From assembly GCA_045546975.1 (NCBI GenBank), contig JAZQDV010000010.1:257039-321038 (forward strand): a DNA stretch of 64,000 nt, given 5' to 3'. This stretch comes from Eubacteriales bacterium. Lineage in GTDB: Bacteria > Bacillota > Clostridia > Oscillospirales > JAAYXM01. The notes beneath the pieces are model-generated. The model was not told where the DNA came from. It saw only the letters and a program-made list of their open reading frames with translations, and did no database searches. Below, piece after piece: positions 50,196 to 60,476 of this stretch (positions within the stretch are counted from its first letter, which is position 1; each line of letters starts with the position of its first letter). A program made the position numbers and the translations under genes.

Positions 50196-51692
50196 ATGAA
50201 TTATTTCAGTACAAGAGATACGTCATTAAAGCTCAGCTCCGCTGCGGCAATAGTCCGTGGCCTGAGTGCTGACGGGGGACTCTTCTGCCCGGAAAGTATT
50301 CCGAAACTTACAGATGAGGAGAAAAAGTTCTTGCTGTCTGCGGATTATAAGAAGCGTGCAGCATTTGTCCTAGGCAAGTTCCTCACTGATTTTTCTGAGG
50401 AAGAGCTTGTATCCTTTGCAAATAAGGCGTACAGCAGCGAAAAGTTTGATTCTGAATGCGCAGCTCCTGTTCACGCTTTGACGGATAAGCTCTCAATTCT
50501 GGAACTCTGGCACGGTCCGACCTGCGCGTTTAAGGATATGGCTTTGCAGATGCTTCCGTATCTTCTTTCTGCAGCACTCAAGAAGACGGGAGAGAAGAGA
50601 ACGGCAGCGATCCTTGTTGCAACAAGCGGTGATACCGGAAAAGCGGCGCTTGAAGGCTTTGCTGATGTTGAGGGCACTAAAATCGCAGTATTTTACCCGA
50701 AGGACGGCGTAAGCAAAATTCAGGAGAGACAGATGACAACACAGGCGGGAGATAACGTCTATGTTTCTTCCGTTGTCGGAAACTTTGACGACGTACAGTC
50801 TGCGATGAAGAAAATCTTCTCCGATGAAGAAATAAGGGCAAAAGCATCGGATAACGGATGCATTTTTTCTTCTGCAAACTCTATTAACTGGGGTCGCGCA
50901 GTACCTCAGATTGCATATTACGTATCAGGTTATTTTGACCTTCTTGCAAGTGGGAAAATCAGCGAGAACGACGAAATAAATGTGTGCGTTCCAACTGGTA
51001 ATTTCGGAAACATTCTTGCGGCATACTATGCAAGAGAAATGGGGATTCCTATAAAGAAGTTTATCTGCGCATCAAACGCTAACAACGTACTTACAGACTT
51101 TTTCCGTGACGGCAAATACGATAAGAGACGTGAGTTCCATGTCACAAATTCTCCGGCGATGGATATTCTTATTTCAAGTAACCTTGAAAGACTTATTTTT
51201 AACCTCTCGGGAAATGACGACAAGACAGTCAGAAAGTATATGTCAAAGCTCAATGAGGAAGGCGCATATACAGTAAGCGCTGAAATCTTTGAGAAAATCT
51301 CCGCGCTTTTCTATGGCGATTGCTGTGATGACAAGGATACACTCAAGACGATCTCTGAGGTATACAATGAGCATGATTATCTCATAGACACTCATACAGC
51401 CGTTGCTGTAAACGTATATAACAGATATGTCGAGAAAACAGGCGATGACGCGGTTTGTCTCTTAGCATCAACCGCAAGTCCGTTCAAATTTGCCGACAGT
51501 GTTCTCCTTTCACTTGGTGTGAACATTGACCACGACGGCGAAGAACTTCTCACCATTCTCTCAAAAACAACAGGAAAGAAAATCCCCGCTCCACTTGCAT
51601 CCATCTTCGAGAAAGAGGAGCGCTTCCGCGATACTGCAAACCGCGCGGAGCTTCCTGAAGTAGTTTTGAAGTTTACAAATGGGGAGTGCTAA
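50196..51692 (+). CDS. thrC: threonine synthase (long form)
   Basis: 498 aa. PLP-lysine context PTCAFKDMALQ and ATSGDTGKAA. Confidence 0.9.
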   Translation: MNYFSTRDTSLKLSSAAAIVRGLSADGGLFCPESIPKLTDEEKKFLLSADYKKRAAFVLGKFLTDFSEEELVSFANKAYSSEKFDSECAAPVHALTDKLSILELWHGPTCAFKDMALQMLPYLLSAALKKTGEKRTAAILVATSGDTGKAALEGFADVEGTKIAVFYPKDGVSKIQERQMTTQAGDNVYVSSVVGNFDDVQSAMKKIFSDEEIRAKASDNGCIFSSANSINWGRAVPQIAYYVSGYFDLLASGKISENDEINVCVPTGNFGNILAAYYAREMGIPIKKFICASNANNVLTDFFRDGKYDKRREFHVTNSPAMDILISSNLERLIFNLSGNDDKTVRKYMSKLNEEGAYTVSAEIFEKISALFYGDCCDDKDTLKTISEVYNEHDYLIDTHTAVAVNVYNRYVEKTGDDAVCLLASTASPFKFADSVLLSLGVNIDHDGEELLTILSKTTGKKIPAPLASIFEKEERFRDTANRAELPEVVLKFTNGEC

Positions 51693-52382
51693 ATGGCACT
51701 TTATACGATAGCTGATTTACATCTCTCGCGCGGTACAAACAAGCCGATGGATGTTTTCGGGGCACTTTGGGAGAATTACGAAAACCGCATCATAGACGGG
51801 TTTTCCAAGCTTTCTTGCGACGATGTAATAGTTATCCCCGGTGATGTGTCATGGGGAATGTCGCTCAAGGAATCACTTTTGGATTTCAAGCTGCTGGACT
51901 CTTTCCCCGGAAAGAAGATAATAGCAAAAGGAAATCACGACTATTGGTGGGAAACCGCAACAAAGACAAAGCGGTTTTTCTCGGATAACGGCATAACTAC
52001 TATAGACATACTTCACAACAATGCTTTTGAGATAGGGGATATTGCCGTTTGCGGTACTCGCGGATGGTTTTTTGAGGAAGAAACGGGCGATAGCCGAAAG
52101 ATATACGAGCGGGAGGTCGGAAGACTTTTGCGCTCATTGGAAGAAGCTAAAAAGCTTGGCAAAGAAAAGCTTGTTTGCTTTTTACACTATCCACCAATCT
52201 GTAAAGGTTATGAGTGTGAAGAAATAACTGATATGCTGAGTGAGTTCGGTGTTGAAAACTGCTACTACGGTCATCTTCACGGGTTGGGGCACAAAAGTGC
52301 TTTTTTAGGTGTACATAAAAAAGTGAATTACAGTCTTGTTTCTGCCGATTACTTGTCATTTACTCCACTTTATATTGGTTAA
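51693..52382 (+). CDS. metallophosphoesterase family protein
   Basis: Motifs DLHL, GDVSW, GNHDYW and GHLHG. The start abuts the thrC stop. Confidence 0.8.
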   Translation: MALYTIADLHLSRGTNKPMDVFGALWENYENRIIDGFSKLSCDDVIVIPGDVSWGMSLKESLLDFKLLDSFPGKKIIAKGNHDYWWETATKTKRFFSDNGITTIDILHNNAFEIGDIAVCGTRGWFFEEETGDSRKIYEREVGRLLRSLEEAKKLGKEKLVCFLHYPPICKGYECEEITDMLSEFGVENCYYGHLHGLGHKSAFLGVHKKVNYSLVSADYLSFTPLYIG

Positions 52383-52467
52383 AAACTACAAAAAACGGGT
52401 TTTAGACAGCGTAAAAGTGCATTAAATAACAAAAGTAAAAATTTTTCAAAAAAATATTAAAAAAATG

Positions 52468-52496
52468 TGGAAAAACAGCTTAAAATCTGCTACAAT
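52468..52496 (+). promoter_or_regulatory. sigma-A-type promoter of tig
   Basis: TGGAAA (52468-73), 17-nt spacer, TGcTACAAT (52488-96). Confidence 0.55.
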
Positions 52497-52533
52497 AGTT
52501 TAGTCACAACGGATTCGAAAGGAATGATCTCAA

Positions 52534-54060
52534 ATGAAATTGAAATCAACAGAAAAACTCGAGAACGGAAAGGTATGTCTCGAAATCCAGGTAGAGAAGC
52601 CTGAATTTGATGATGCTATGAACAAAGCATACCTCAAGAACAAGCCGAAGATTACGGTACCCGGTTTCCGTAAGGGTAAGGCTCCGAGAAATATGATTGA
52701 GCGTATGTACGGTAAGGGTATCTTTACCGAGGATGCTATAAATATCGCATATCCTGCTGCTTTTGAGGCAGCGGTCAAGGAAAGCGGCTATGAGCCGGTT
52801 GACTATCCTGAGGTAGAGCTTGTTGACATTAACGATGACGGCTTCACTGTCAAGACGACAGTTACTGTTAAGCCTGAGGTTAAGCTCGGCAAGTATAAGG
52901 GAATCGAAGCTGAGAAGCCTGCAGTTTCTGTAACAAAGAAGGATATAGACGCTGAGATTTCTGTTATGCGTGAGAGAAATGCGCGCCTTGTTACTGTAGA
53001 GCGTCCCGCAGAGAAGGATGACACAGTTGTTATCGACTACGAAGGTTTCGTTGGCGATGTTGCTTTTGATGGCGGCAAGGGCGAAAATCACAGCTTGAAG
53101 CTCGGTTCGAACCAGTTTATTCCGGGATTTGAAGATCAGCTTATCGGCAAGAGTGCAGACGAGAATGTTGACGTTAAGGTTACTTTCCCGAAGGAATACC
53201 ATGCAGAAGACCTTGCAGGTAAGGAAGCTGTATTTAAGGTTAAGATTCACGAGGTTAAGGAAACAGAGCTTCCTGCACTTGACGATGAGTTTGCAAAGGA
53301 TGTTTCCGAGTTTGAAACTTTGGACGAACTCAAGAAGGATATCGAAAAGAAGATCCGTGAGACACGTGAGAGAATGTCAAACGAGGCATTTGAGGGTGCT
53401 ATCATTAAGGCAGTTGTGTCAAAGATGAAAGCAGAAATTCCTGATGTTATGGTTGAGACACAGCTTGACAACGTCGTTAACGATTTTGCACAGCGTCTCC
53501 AGATGCAGGGTATCACTCTTGATCAGTACCTTGACATGATGAAGTCTTCAATGGATGACTTCCGCAAGAACTTCCGCGACCAGGCTACAGAGCAGGTCAA
53601 GACACGCCTTGCACTTGAAGCTGTTGCAAAGGCTGAGAAGATCGAGCCGACAGATTCGGATGTTGAAGCTGAATATACAAAACTTTCTGAGCAGTATGGT
53701 ATGCCCGTTGAGCGTATCCGTGGCTTTATCAGTGTAGATGCAATGAAGAGCGACCTTTATACAATAAAGGCAATCGAGTTCCTTCGTGAGAATGCAGTTG
53801 CAACTGCTCCTGTAAAGAAGACTGCGGCTAAGAAAGAGTCTGAGACAGAAAAGAAGGCTCCTGCAAAGAAGGCTTCAACAACTGCTGAGAAGAAGCCTGC
53901 AGCAAAGAAGACAACAACAGCAGCAAAGTCGTCTGCAACAACCAAGAAGGCTACAACAGCAAAGTCATCCACAACAACCAAGAAGACTACTGCAACTGCT
54001 GAGAAGAAGCCTGCAGCAAAGAAGACAACGACTACAAAAAAGGCTGCAGATAAAGAATAA
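52534..54060 (+). CDS. tig: trigger factor with a Lys/Ala/Thr-rich C-terminal extension
   Basis: Ribosome-binding GFRKGKAPR, an FKBP PPIase domain, and a canonical C-terminal domain up to about aa 423. An 85-aa K/A/T/S repeat tail follows. Confidence 0.93.
   Translation: MKLKSTEKLENGKVCLEIQVEKPEFDDAMNKAYLKNKPKITVPGFRKGKAPRNMIERMYGKGIFTEDAINIAYPAAFEAAVKESGYEPVDYPEVELVDINDDGFTVKTTVTVKPEVKLGKYKGIEAEKPAVSVTKKDIDAEISVMRERNARLVTVERPAEKDDTVVIDYEGFVGDVAFDGGKGENHSLKLGSNQFIPGFEDQLIGKSADENVDVKVTFPKEYHAEDLAGKEAVFKVKIHEVKETELPALDDEFAKDVSEFETLDELKKDIEKKIRETRERMSNEAFEGAIIKAVVSKMKAEIPDVMVETQLDNVVNDFAQRLQMQGITLDQYLDMMKSSMDDFRKNFRDQATEQVKTRLALEAVAKAEKIEPTDSDVEAEYTKLSEQYGMPVERIRGFISVDAMKSDLYTIKAIEFLRENAVATAPVKKTAAKKESETEKKAPAKKASTTAEKKPAAKKTTTAAKSSATTKKATTAKSSTTTKKTTATAEKKPAAKKTTTTKKAADKE
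53879..54029 (+). repeat. in-frame DNA repeats encoding the trigger-factor tail
   Basis: The perfect repeat actgctgagaagaagcctgcagcaaagaagacaac occurs at 53881-53915 and 53995-54029. Degenerate ~36-nt units (gcaaagtc...accaagaag) lie between them. Confidence 0.85.
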
Positions 54061-54093
54061 TTTTCCATATATTAGGCATAATATAATCATCAG

Positions 54094-54126
54094 GATAGGC
54101 GGGAGGAGTTTTTCCTCGCGCCTATC
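54094..54126 (+). terminator. hairpin between tig and clpP (terminator/attenuator)
   Basis: gataggcgggagg/cctcgcgcctatc pairs 12 of 13 positions. Only a short U-tract follows. Confidence 0.45.
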
Positions 54127-54161
54127 TTTCAAAAAGACGAAAATTAAAAGGAGTGACAGTT

Positions 54162-54746
54162 ATGAGTTTAGTACCAATGGTAGTGGAGCAGACGAACCGT
54201 GGAGAGCGTTCGTATGACATTTTTTCACGCCTCTTAAACGACAGAATTATTATCCTTTCGGAAGAAGTAAACGACACTACAGCATCGCTTATTGTAGCTC
54301 AGTTATTGTATCTTGAGTCCCAGGATCCCGATAAGGACATCAACTTTTACATCAACTCTCCCGGAGGTTCAATTACTGCAGGTATGGCAATTTATGATAC
54401 AATGCAGTATATCAAGTGTGATGTTTCCACTATCTGCGTAGGTATGGCAGCATCTATGGGTGCATTCCTCCTTGCAGCAGGAACAAAGGGAAAGAGACTT
54501 GCACTTCCAAACTCCGAGATTATGATTCATCAGCCGCTTTCCGGAATGCAGGGACAGGCTACTGATATTAAAATTCATGCAGATCGTATCATAAGAATCA
54601 AATCACATCTCAACGAGATTCTTTCTGAAGTTACGGGCAAACCGATAGAGGTCATTGAAAACGACACAGAGCGTGATAACTTTATGACTGCAGAAGAAGC
54701 TGTAAAATACGGTCTTATAGACAAGGTTATAACAAAGAGACAGTGA
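54162..54746 (+). CDS. clpP: ATP-dependent Clp protease proteolytic subunit
   Basis: Catalytic Ser context [11 protein letters not shown] and His context MIHQP. AAAGGAG RBS 8 nt before ATG 54162. Confidence 0.97.
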   Translation: MSLVPMVVEQTNRGERSYDIFSRLLNDRIIILSEEVNDTTASLIVAQLLYLESQDPDKDINFYINSPGGSITAGMAIYDTMQYIKCDVSTICVGMAASMGAFLLAAGTKGKRLALPNSEIMIHQPLSGMQGQATDIKIHADRIIRIKSHLNEILSEVTGKPIEVIENDTERDNFMTAEEAVKYGLIDKVITKRQ

Positions 54747-54763
54747 TTTAAGGAGCATTAGCT

Positions 54764-56011
54764 ATGTCTGATAAAAAGAACGGGATTGTGTGTTTCTTTT
54801 GCGGTGAGGTTATAGATCCAAAAACAAAGATACTTGCTGGAGTGAACGGATTTATCTGCGAAAATTGCATTGAGGCAGGTAAAGAGTATCTTGATTCGCT
54901 TGAGAAACAAAATGGCTCTGCTTCAGGTGTAAAGCAAAACGGCATCACAGTCCTCAAGCCGCGTGAAATACACGAAAAACTCAACGAATATATCGTGGGT
55001 CAGGAAAGTGCAAAACTTGCACTTAGCGTTGCGGTATATAATCATTACAAGAGAATACTGAATAATGAGCCGGATGACGTAGAGCTTCAGAAGAGTAATA
55101 TTCTTATGATAGGTCCTACGGGTTCCGGAAAGACACTGTTTGCACAGACCCTTGCAAAAATGCTCAATGTGCCGTTTGCGATTGCGGATGCCACGACGCT
55201 CACAGAAGCCGGATATGTCGGCGAAGACGTTGAGAACATACTCCTTCGTCTTATTCAGGCGGCAGATTACGATATTGAAGCAGCAGAGCACGGAATTATC
55301 TTTATCGACGAAATTGATAAAATCGCAAGAAAGAGTGAAAATACCTCTATCACACGCGACGTTTCAGGTGAAGGTGTACAGCAGGCTATACTTAAAATTC
55401 TTGAAGGTACTGTTGCAAATGTTCCTCCTCAGGGTGGAAGAAAGCATCCGCACCAGGAATTTATACAGATAGACACTAAGAATATCCTCTTTATCTGCGG
55501 AGGTGCTTTTGACGGAATTGAAAAAGTTATCTCAAAGCGCAAAACACAGAAAGGGATCGGCTTCGGTTCAGAAATTGCGTCAAAGAACGAGGATAAAGCG
55601 GCTCTTCTTGCGGATATTCAACCGCGCGACCTTCTTAAGTTCGGAATTATTCCTGAGCTTGTTGGCCGTCTTCCTGTGATAGCACCGCTTACTCCGCTTG
55701 ATAAAGAAGCTATGATAAGTATTCTCACTAAGCCGAAAAATGCCTTGACAAAGCAGTATACACGCCTTCTTGAGATGGACGGCGTCGAGCTTATATTTGA
55801 AGAAAAGGCACTTGAAGCTGTTGCAGAGCTTGCGATAGAGCGCGAAATAGGCGCAAGAGGTCTCCGAGCGGTGGTGGAATCCGTTATGCAGAAGATTATG
55901 TATGATGTTCCGTCGGATTCTGAAATTGTCAAAGTAACCATCACGGAAGAAGCTATCAGAGAGAAGAAAGAACCTAAAATTGTGCGTAAAGAGAAGAAAA
56001 TAGCACAGTAA
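54764..56011 (+). CDS. clpX: ATP-dependent Clp protease ATP-binding subunit ClpX
   Basis: Zinc finger CFFCG...CENC, Walker A GPTGSGKT, Walker [10 protein letters not shown]. Confidence 0.97.
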   Translation: MSDKKNGIVCFFCGEVIDPKTKILAGVNGFICENCIEAGKEYLDSLEKQNGSASGVKQNGITVLKPREIHEKLNEYIVGQESAKLALSVAVYNHYKRILNNEPDDVELQKSNILMIGPTGSGKTLFAQTLAKMLNVPFAIADATTLTEAGYVGEDVENILLRLIQAADYDIEAAEHGIIFIDEIDKIARKSENTSITRDVSGEGVQQAILKILEGTVANVPPQGGRKHPHQEFIQIDTKNILFICGGAFDGIEKVISKRKTQKGIGFGSEIASKNEDKAALLADIQPRDLLKFGIIPELVGRLPVIAPLTPLDKEAMISILTKPKNALTKQYTRLLEMDGVELIFEEKALEAVAELAIEREIGARGLRAVVESVMQKIMYDVPSDSEIVKVTITEEAIREKKEPKIVRKEKKIAQ

Positions 56012-56022
56012 AGGAGAAAAAT

Positions 56023-58446
56023 ATGTCTGAAAACTCTATCAGAAGAGATATTATGCCGGTACTTCCGCTTCGCGGACTTACTGCATTTCCTCATATGATG
56101 CTCAACTTTGATGTCGGGCGTGACAAGTCAATGAAGTCTCTTGATGATGCAATGGCAAAAAATCAGAGAATCTTCCTTGTTGCACAGAAAGAAATAAAGA
56201 CGGATATCCCGACGGCAGATGATATTTACACGGTGGGAACAGTTGCGAGAGTAAAGCAGGTTATGCGTTTTCCCGCAAACAACGTCCGTGTACTTGTTGA
56301 GGGTGTTTACAGGGCAAAAATCCTGAACGTAACAAGAACTGAGCCGTTTATCGAGGCTGATGTAGAGGAGCTTGTAACTCCTGTTATTCGTGAGAACAGC
56401 GTGAAGTGTGAGGCACTTATGCGCTCAGCTCAGGAGCTTTTTGCCGAATACGTTGAATATGCAACGAAGCTCTCAAATGACGCAATGTTAAACGTTATTT
56501 CAGCAGAAACAACTGGCGACCTTGCCGATATTATTGCTCAGAGCATTCCTACGAAATTTACAAACAAGCAGGCGGTTTTGGAAGAACTTCACCCGTATAA
56601 ACGCCTTGCGCTTGTTAAAAAACTTCTTGTACGCGAGCTTGAGATTTTCAAGGTTGAGAACAACATTACGGGAAAAGTTCAGGAACAGCTTGACAAAAAT
56701 CAGCGAGATTATTTTTTGCGTGAGCAGATTAAGGCGATTCACGAGGAGCTTGGCGATGAGGATGATGTTGAGAACGAGTACGATATGTATCTCGATAAAA
56801 TTAGCGCATTGTCACTTCCGTCCGAAGTTCACGAAAAGCTCGTGAAGGAAGCATCCCGACTTCGCAAGATGCAGATAAATTCTCCTGAAAGCGGAGTTGT
56901 CAGAACATATCTTGATACTGTTTTAGAGCTTCCGTGGAACAAAACAACAAAAGATAAATTAAGCCTTGCCTCAGCTGAAAAGGTGCTTGACCGCGACCAC
57001 TACGGTCTTGAAAAGGTCAAGGAACGAATTCTTGAGTTCCTTGCGGTAAAGCAACTTACGGCTGACAATAAAGGCCAGATAATATGCCTTGTAGGTCCTC
57101 CGGGTGTAGGTAAAACCTCTATCGGAAAGAGTATTGCAGCTGCTATGGGCAGAAAGTTTGCGCGCCTTTCCCTTGGCGGTGTCCGAGATGAGGCAGATAT
57201 AAGAGGACACAGAAAGACGTATATAGGCTCAATGCCGGGAAGAATCATGACTGCACTTAAAACGGCGGGATCTAAGAATGCACTTATTCTTCTTGATGAG
57301 ATTGATAAGATGTCAAGCGATTTCAGAGGTGATCCGTCATCTGCAATGCTTGAAGTTCTTGATGCTGAACAGAATGCGGCATTCCGAGATCATTATCTTG
57401 AGGTCCCGTTTGACCTCTCTGATGTACTCTTCATAACAACTGCAAACACAACCTCTACTATACCGCTTCCGCTTCTCGACAGAATGGAAGTTATTGAGCT
57501 CACAAGCTATACGGTAGAGGATAAATTCAATATTGCAAAGCGTCATCTCATCAAAAAACAGATGAAGAAGAACGGTCTTACTCCTAAAATGCTCAGGGTT
57601 TCAGATGACGCTATATACAAGCTTATTTCCGATTATACGCGTGAGGCAGGTGTAAGAACGCTCGAACGCGAAATCGGCACACTTATGCGTAAGGCTGCAA
57701 AGAGTATTGTTTCAGGGGAAAATGCGAAGATTTCAATAAATGCAAATAACCTCCATGAATATCTTGGCGTTGAGCGCTTCAAGGAAGAAAAGCTATTCGA
57801 CGGCAAGGAGGCAGGTGTGGTAAACGGACTTGCCTGGACTGCTGTCGGCGGCGAAATGCTCGAGGTTGAGGTTAACGTAACAGAGGGAACAGGTAAAATT
57901 GAAATCACAGGTAACCTCGGAACGGTTATGAACGAGTCTGCAAAGGCTGCTCTCACATACGTGAGAAGTAGAACGGATGAATACGGAATACCTTCTGATT
58001 TTTATAAGACACGTGATATTCACATCCATTTTCCCGAGGGTGCGATTCCAAAGGATGGACCGTCTGCAGGTATTACTATTGCGACAGCTCTTGTGTCGGC
58101 ACTTACGGGTGTTCCTGCAAGAAATGATGTGGCAATGACGGGTGAGATTTCAATCAGAGGACGCGTTCTTCCAATCGGCGGTCTCAAAGAAAAGACCATG
58201 GCAGCATACCGCCATGGAATAAAGACTGTAATCATACCAGAGGAAAACTCAAAGGACCTCGAGGAAATTGATAAGGTTGTAAGAGCGTCACTTTCTTTCT
58301 GTACAGTAAGCCATGCAGATGATGTTATAAAGTGCGCGATAGATTTATCTCTTCGCAAAGAGGAATCACAAGTCGAAGAAAAAGCATTTTCTCACGTACC
58401 TGAAAACGATACGACGAAGGGAAAGTTGCGGGGAATCAGCCAGTAG
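56023..58446 (+). CDS. lon: endopeptidase La (LonA)
   Basis: LON N-domain, Walker [10 protein letters not shown], catalytic Ser context PKDGPSAG. Confidence 0.97.
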   Translation: MSENSIRRDIMPVLPLRGLTAFPHMMLNFDVGRDKSMKSLDDAMAKNQRIFLVAQKEIKTDIPTADDIYTVGTVARVKQVMRFPANNVRVLVEGVYRAKILNVTRTEPFIEADVEELVTPVIRENSVKCEALMRSAQELFAEYVEYATKLSNDAMLNVISAETTGDLADIIAQSIPTKFTNKQAVLEELHPYKRLALVKKLLVRELEIFKVENNITGKVQEQLDKNQRDYFLREQIKAIHEELGDEDDVENEYDMYLDKISALSLPSEVHEKLVKEASRLRKMQINSPESGVVRTYLDTVLELPWNKTTKDKLSLASAEKVLDRDHYGLEKVKERILEFLAVKQLTADNKGQIICLVGPPGVGKTSIGKSIAAAMGRKFARLSLGGVRDEADIRGHRKTYIGSMPGRIMTALKTAGSKNALILLDEIDKMSSDFRGDPSSAMLEVLDAEQNAAFRDHYLEVPFDLSDVLFITTANTTSTIPLPLLDRMEVIELTSYTVEDKFNIAKRHLIKKQMKKNGLTPKMLRVSDDAIYKLISDYTREAGVRTLEREIGTLMRKAAKSIVSGENAKISINANNLHEYLGVERFKEEKLFDGKEAGVVNGLAWTAVGGEMLEVEVNVTEGTGKIEITGNLGTVMNESAKAALTYVRSRTDEYGIPSDFYKTRDIHIHFPEGAIPKDGPSAGITIATALVSALTGVPARNDVAMTGEISIRGRVLPIGGLKEKTMAAYRHGIKTVIIPEENSKDLEEIDKVVRASLSFCTVSHADDVIKCAIDLSLRKEESQVEEKAFSHVPENDTTKGKLRGISQ

Positions 58447-58456
58447 GAGAATTGAT

Positions 58457-59056
58457 ATGACACAAAAGCCAAAGTTAAATCTGCATATTGCCGAGTTTGT
58501 AAAATCTGCTGCAACTTCGGATGGTTTTATTGAAACCCCTTTCCCGCAGATTGTTTTTGCGGGTAAGTCAAACGTCGGCAAATCGTCTGTCATAAACAGA
58601 ATACTCAACAGAAAAAACTTTGCGCGTGTAGGTGCCTCTCCCGGAAAAACGATACACGTAAATTACTTTCTCATCGACGGTAAGGCATATTTTGTTGACC
58701 TTCCGGGTTATGGCTATGCAAAGGTGTCAATGAGCGAGAAAGTGCGTTGGTCAAAGCTTATTGAGTCATACCTCAACCGCGATGACGAATTCGTGCTCGG
58801 CGTTTTCATAGTCGATATCAGGCATAAACCGACAGCAGATGACGTGATTATGGCAGAGTGGTTTATGCATTCGGGAATGCCTTTCTATGTCGTTGCAAAC
58901 AAACACGACAAGCTCAAAAAAAGCCAAGTAGAGCCGGCAATTGAACTGATTTCGGAGACTTTGAACGTCCCGAAGGAAATAATAGTTCCGTTTTCTGCTG
59001 AAAAAGGAACAGGCAAGGACGACCTTGTAAGAATAATTCAGAACTCACTTGAATGA
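58457..59056 (+). CDS. engB: ribosome biogenesis GTP-binding protein YsxC/EngB
   Basis: GKSNVGKSS, DLPGYG and NKHDK. Confidence 0.93.
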   Translation: MTQKPKLNLHIAEFVKSAATSDGFIETPFPQIVFAGKSNVGKSSVINRILNRKNFARVGASPGKTIHVNYFLIDGKAYFVDLPGYGYAKVSMSEKVRWSKLIESYLNRDDEFVLGVFIVDIRHKPTADDVIMAEWFMHSGMPFYVVANKHDKLKKSQVEPAIELISETLNVPKEIIVPFSAEKGTGKDDLVRIIQNSLE

Positions 59057-59069
59057 AAGGAGCGGAAAA

Positions 59070-60371
59070 ATGTTTATATCAGATTCACTCTCGGTGAATG
59101 AAAAGGGACATCTTACAATAGCTTCTGCAGATGTCGTAGAGCTTTCAGAAAAATACGGAACTCCGCTCTATATTATGGACGAAGACAAGATAAGAAGAAC
59201 CTGCCGTGAATACGTTGAGGCGCTGTCTGAGTGCTACGGTGACAACTTCTCGGTCCACTACGCGAGCAAGGCTTTTTGTACGAAGTATATGTATAAAATA
59301 CTTCTTGAGGAAAAGCTCTCGGCAGATGTCGTTTCGGGCGGTGAGTTATATACTGCAATCAGTGCAGGTTTTCCGGCGGAAAAAATATCATTCCATGGTA
59401 ACAACAAAACTGTTGACGAGATAAAATATGCGCTTGAATGCGGCATCGGTGAGTTTATTGTTGATAACCGTGAAGAACTTATTTCTATAAACGAGCTCGC
59501 AGGGGAGATGGGTGTGCGCCCGAATATCTCCTTCCGAATCAAGCCGGGAATTGATGCACACACTCATGATTTTGTAAAGACCGGACAGATAGACTCAAAG
59601 TTTGGGGTAGCACTTGAAAATGGCGAAGCCTTTGAAATTATCCGTGAAGCACTTTCGCTTCTTAATGTGAATTTACGTGGTGTTCACTCACATATCGGTT
59701 CGCAGATTTTTGATGTTGAGCCGTTCCGTTGTGCTGCAAAGGTCATGGTAGAGTTTATCGCAAAAGTCCGTGACGAGCTTGGGTGTGAAATTAAGGAGCT
59801 TAACCTCGGTGGCGGTTTTGGTATAAGATATACCGAAACAGACGACCCGAAATCGATATACGAATCTGTGAAAAACTTTACAAATGCAGTTAAGTTGGAG
59901 TGCAAAAAGTACAATCTTTCACTTCCGCATCTTTCAATAGAGCCGGGGCGTTCAGTTGTTGCAGAGGCGGGTATAACTACATATACAGTCGGCTCTGTGA
60001 AAACAATTAAAGATATAAGAACGTATGTTTCTGTTGATGGAGGAATGACGGATAATCCGCGCTATGCACTTTATGGTGCTGAGTATACTGTTCTTCTTCC
60101 GGAAAGACCTCTTGCCGAAAAGAACACTGTCGTTACGGTGGCGGGAAGAAACTGTGAAAGCGGTGACCTCATCGGAGAAAATATCGCGTTACCGGAAGTA
60201 AGAGCGGGAGAACTGCTTGCGGTACTTACGACAGGTGCATATAATTACTCTATGGCATCAAACTATAACAGAGTTCCAAGACCTGCAGTCGTCATGGTGA
60301 GTGAGGGTAAGGACAAGCTTGTAGTAAAACGTGAAACGTATGCGGATTTAATTGCAAACGATATAATATAA
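59070..60371 (+). CDS. lysA: diaminopimelate decarboxylase
   Basis: PLP-lysine context HYASKAF, HSHIGSQ, and CESGD near the C-terminus. AAAGGAG RBS before ATG 59070. Confidence 0.93.
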   Translation: MFISDSLSVNEKGHLTIASADVVELSEKYGTPLYIMDEDKIRRTCREYVEALSECYGDNFSVHYASKAFCTKYMYKILLEEKLSADVVSGGELYTAISAGFPAEKISFHGNNKTVDEIKYALECGIGEFIVDNREELISINELAGEMGVRPNISFRIKPGIDAHTHDFVKTGQIDSKFGVALENGEAFEIIREALSLLNVNLRGVHSHIGSQIFDVEPFRCAAKVMVEFIAKVRDELGCEIKELNLGGGFGIRYTETDDPKSIYESVKNFTNAVKLECKKYNLSLPHLSIEPGRSVVAEAGITTYTVGSVKTIKDIRTYVSVDGGMTDNPRYALYGAEYTVLLPERPLAEKNTVVTVAGRNCESGDLIGENIALPEVRAGELLAVLTTGAYNYSMASNYNRVPRPAVVMVSEGKDKLVVKRETYADLIANDII

Positions 60372-60379
60372 TAAAATAC

Positions 60380-60410
60380 AAGAAACCGATGAAATCACAT
60401 CGGTTTCTTT
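60380..60410 (+). terminator. terminator after lysA
   Basis: Stem aagaaaccgatg/catcggtttctt, loop aaatca. Confidence 0.65.
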
Positions 60411-60411
60411 G

Positions 60412-60439
60412 CATATTACGGACAAATACCTCATATAGT
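60412..60439 (+). promoter_or_regulatory. sigma-E-type (mother-cell) promoter of spoIVA
   Basis: CATATT (60412-17), 14-nt spacer, CATATAGT (60432-39). The remembered B. subtilis SigE consensus is kmATATT-N14-CATACAnT. Confidence 0.6.
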
Positions 60440-60476
60440 GAACTGATAGTAATACTTGATTTGAGGAGGAATGTTC

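Noticed and set aside
52546-53250. 234-aa ORF antisense to trigger factor.
   Set aside because: It is a shadow ORF opposite a very confident gene. The sequence is low-complexity and Leu/Asn/Cys-rich, with no RBS and no recognisable motif.
54061-54161. CtsR operator (GGTCAAA direct repeat) upstream of clpP.
   Set aside because: No GGTCAAA heptad is seen in the tig-clpP intergenic region. It contains only a hairpin.
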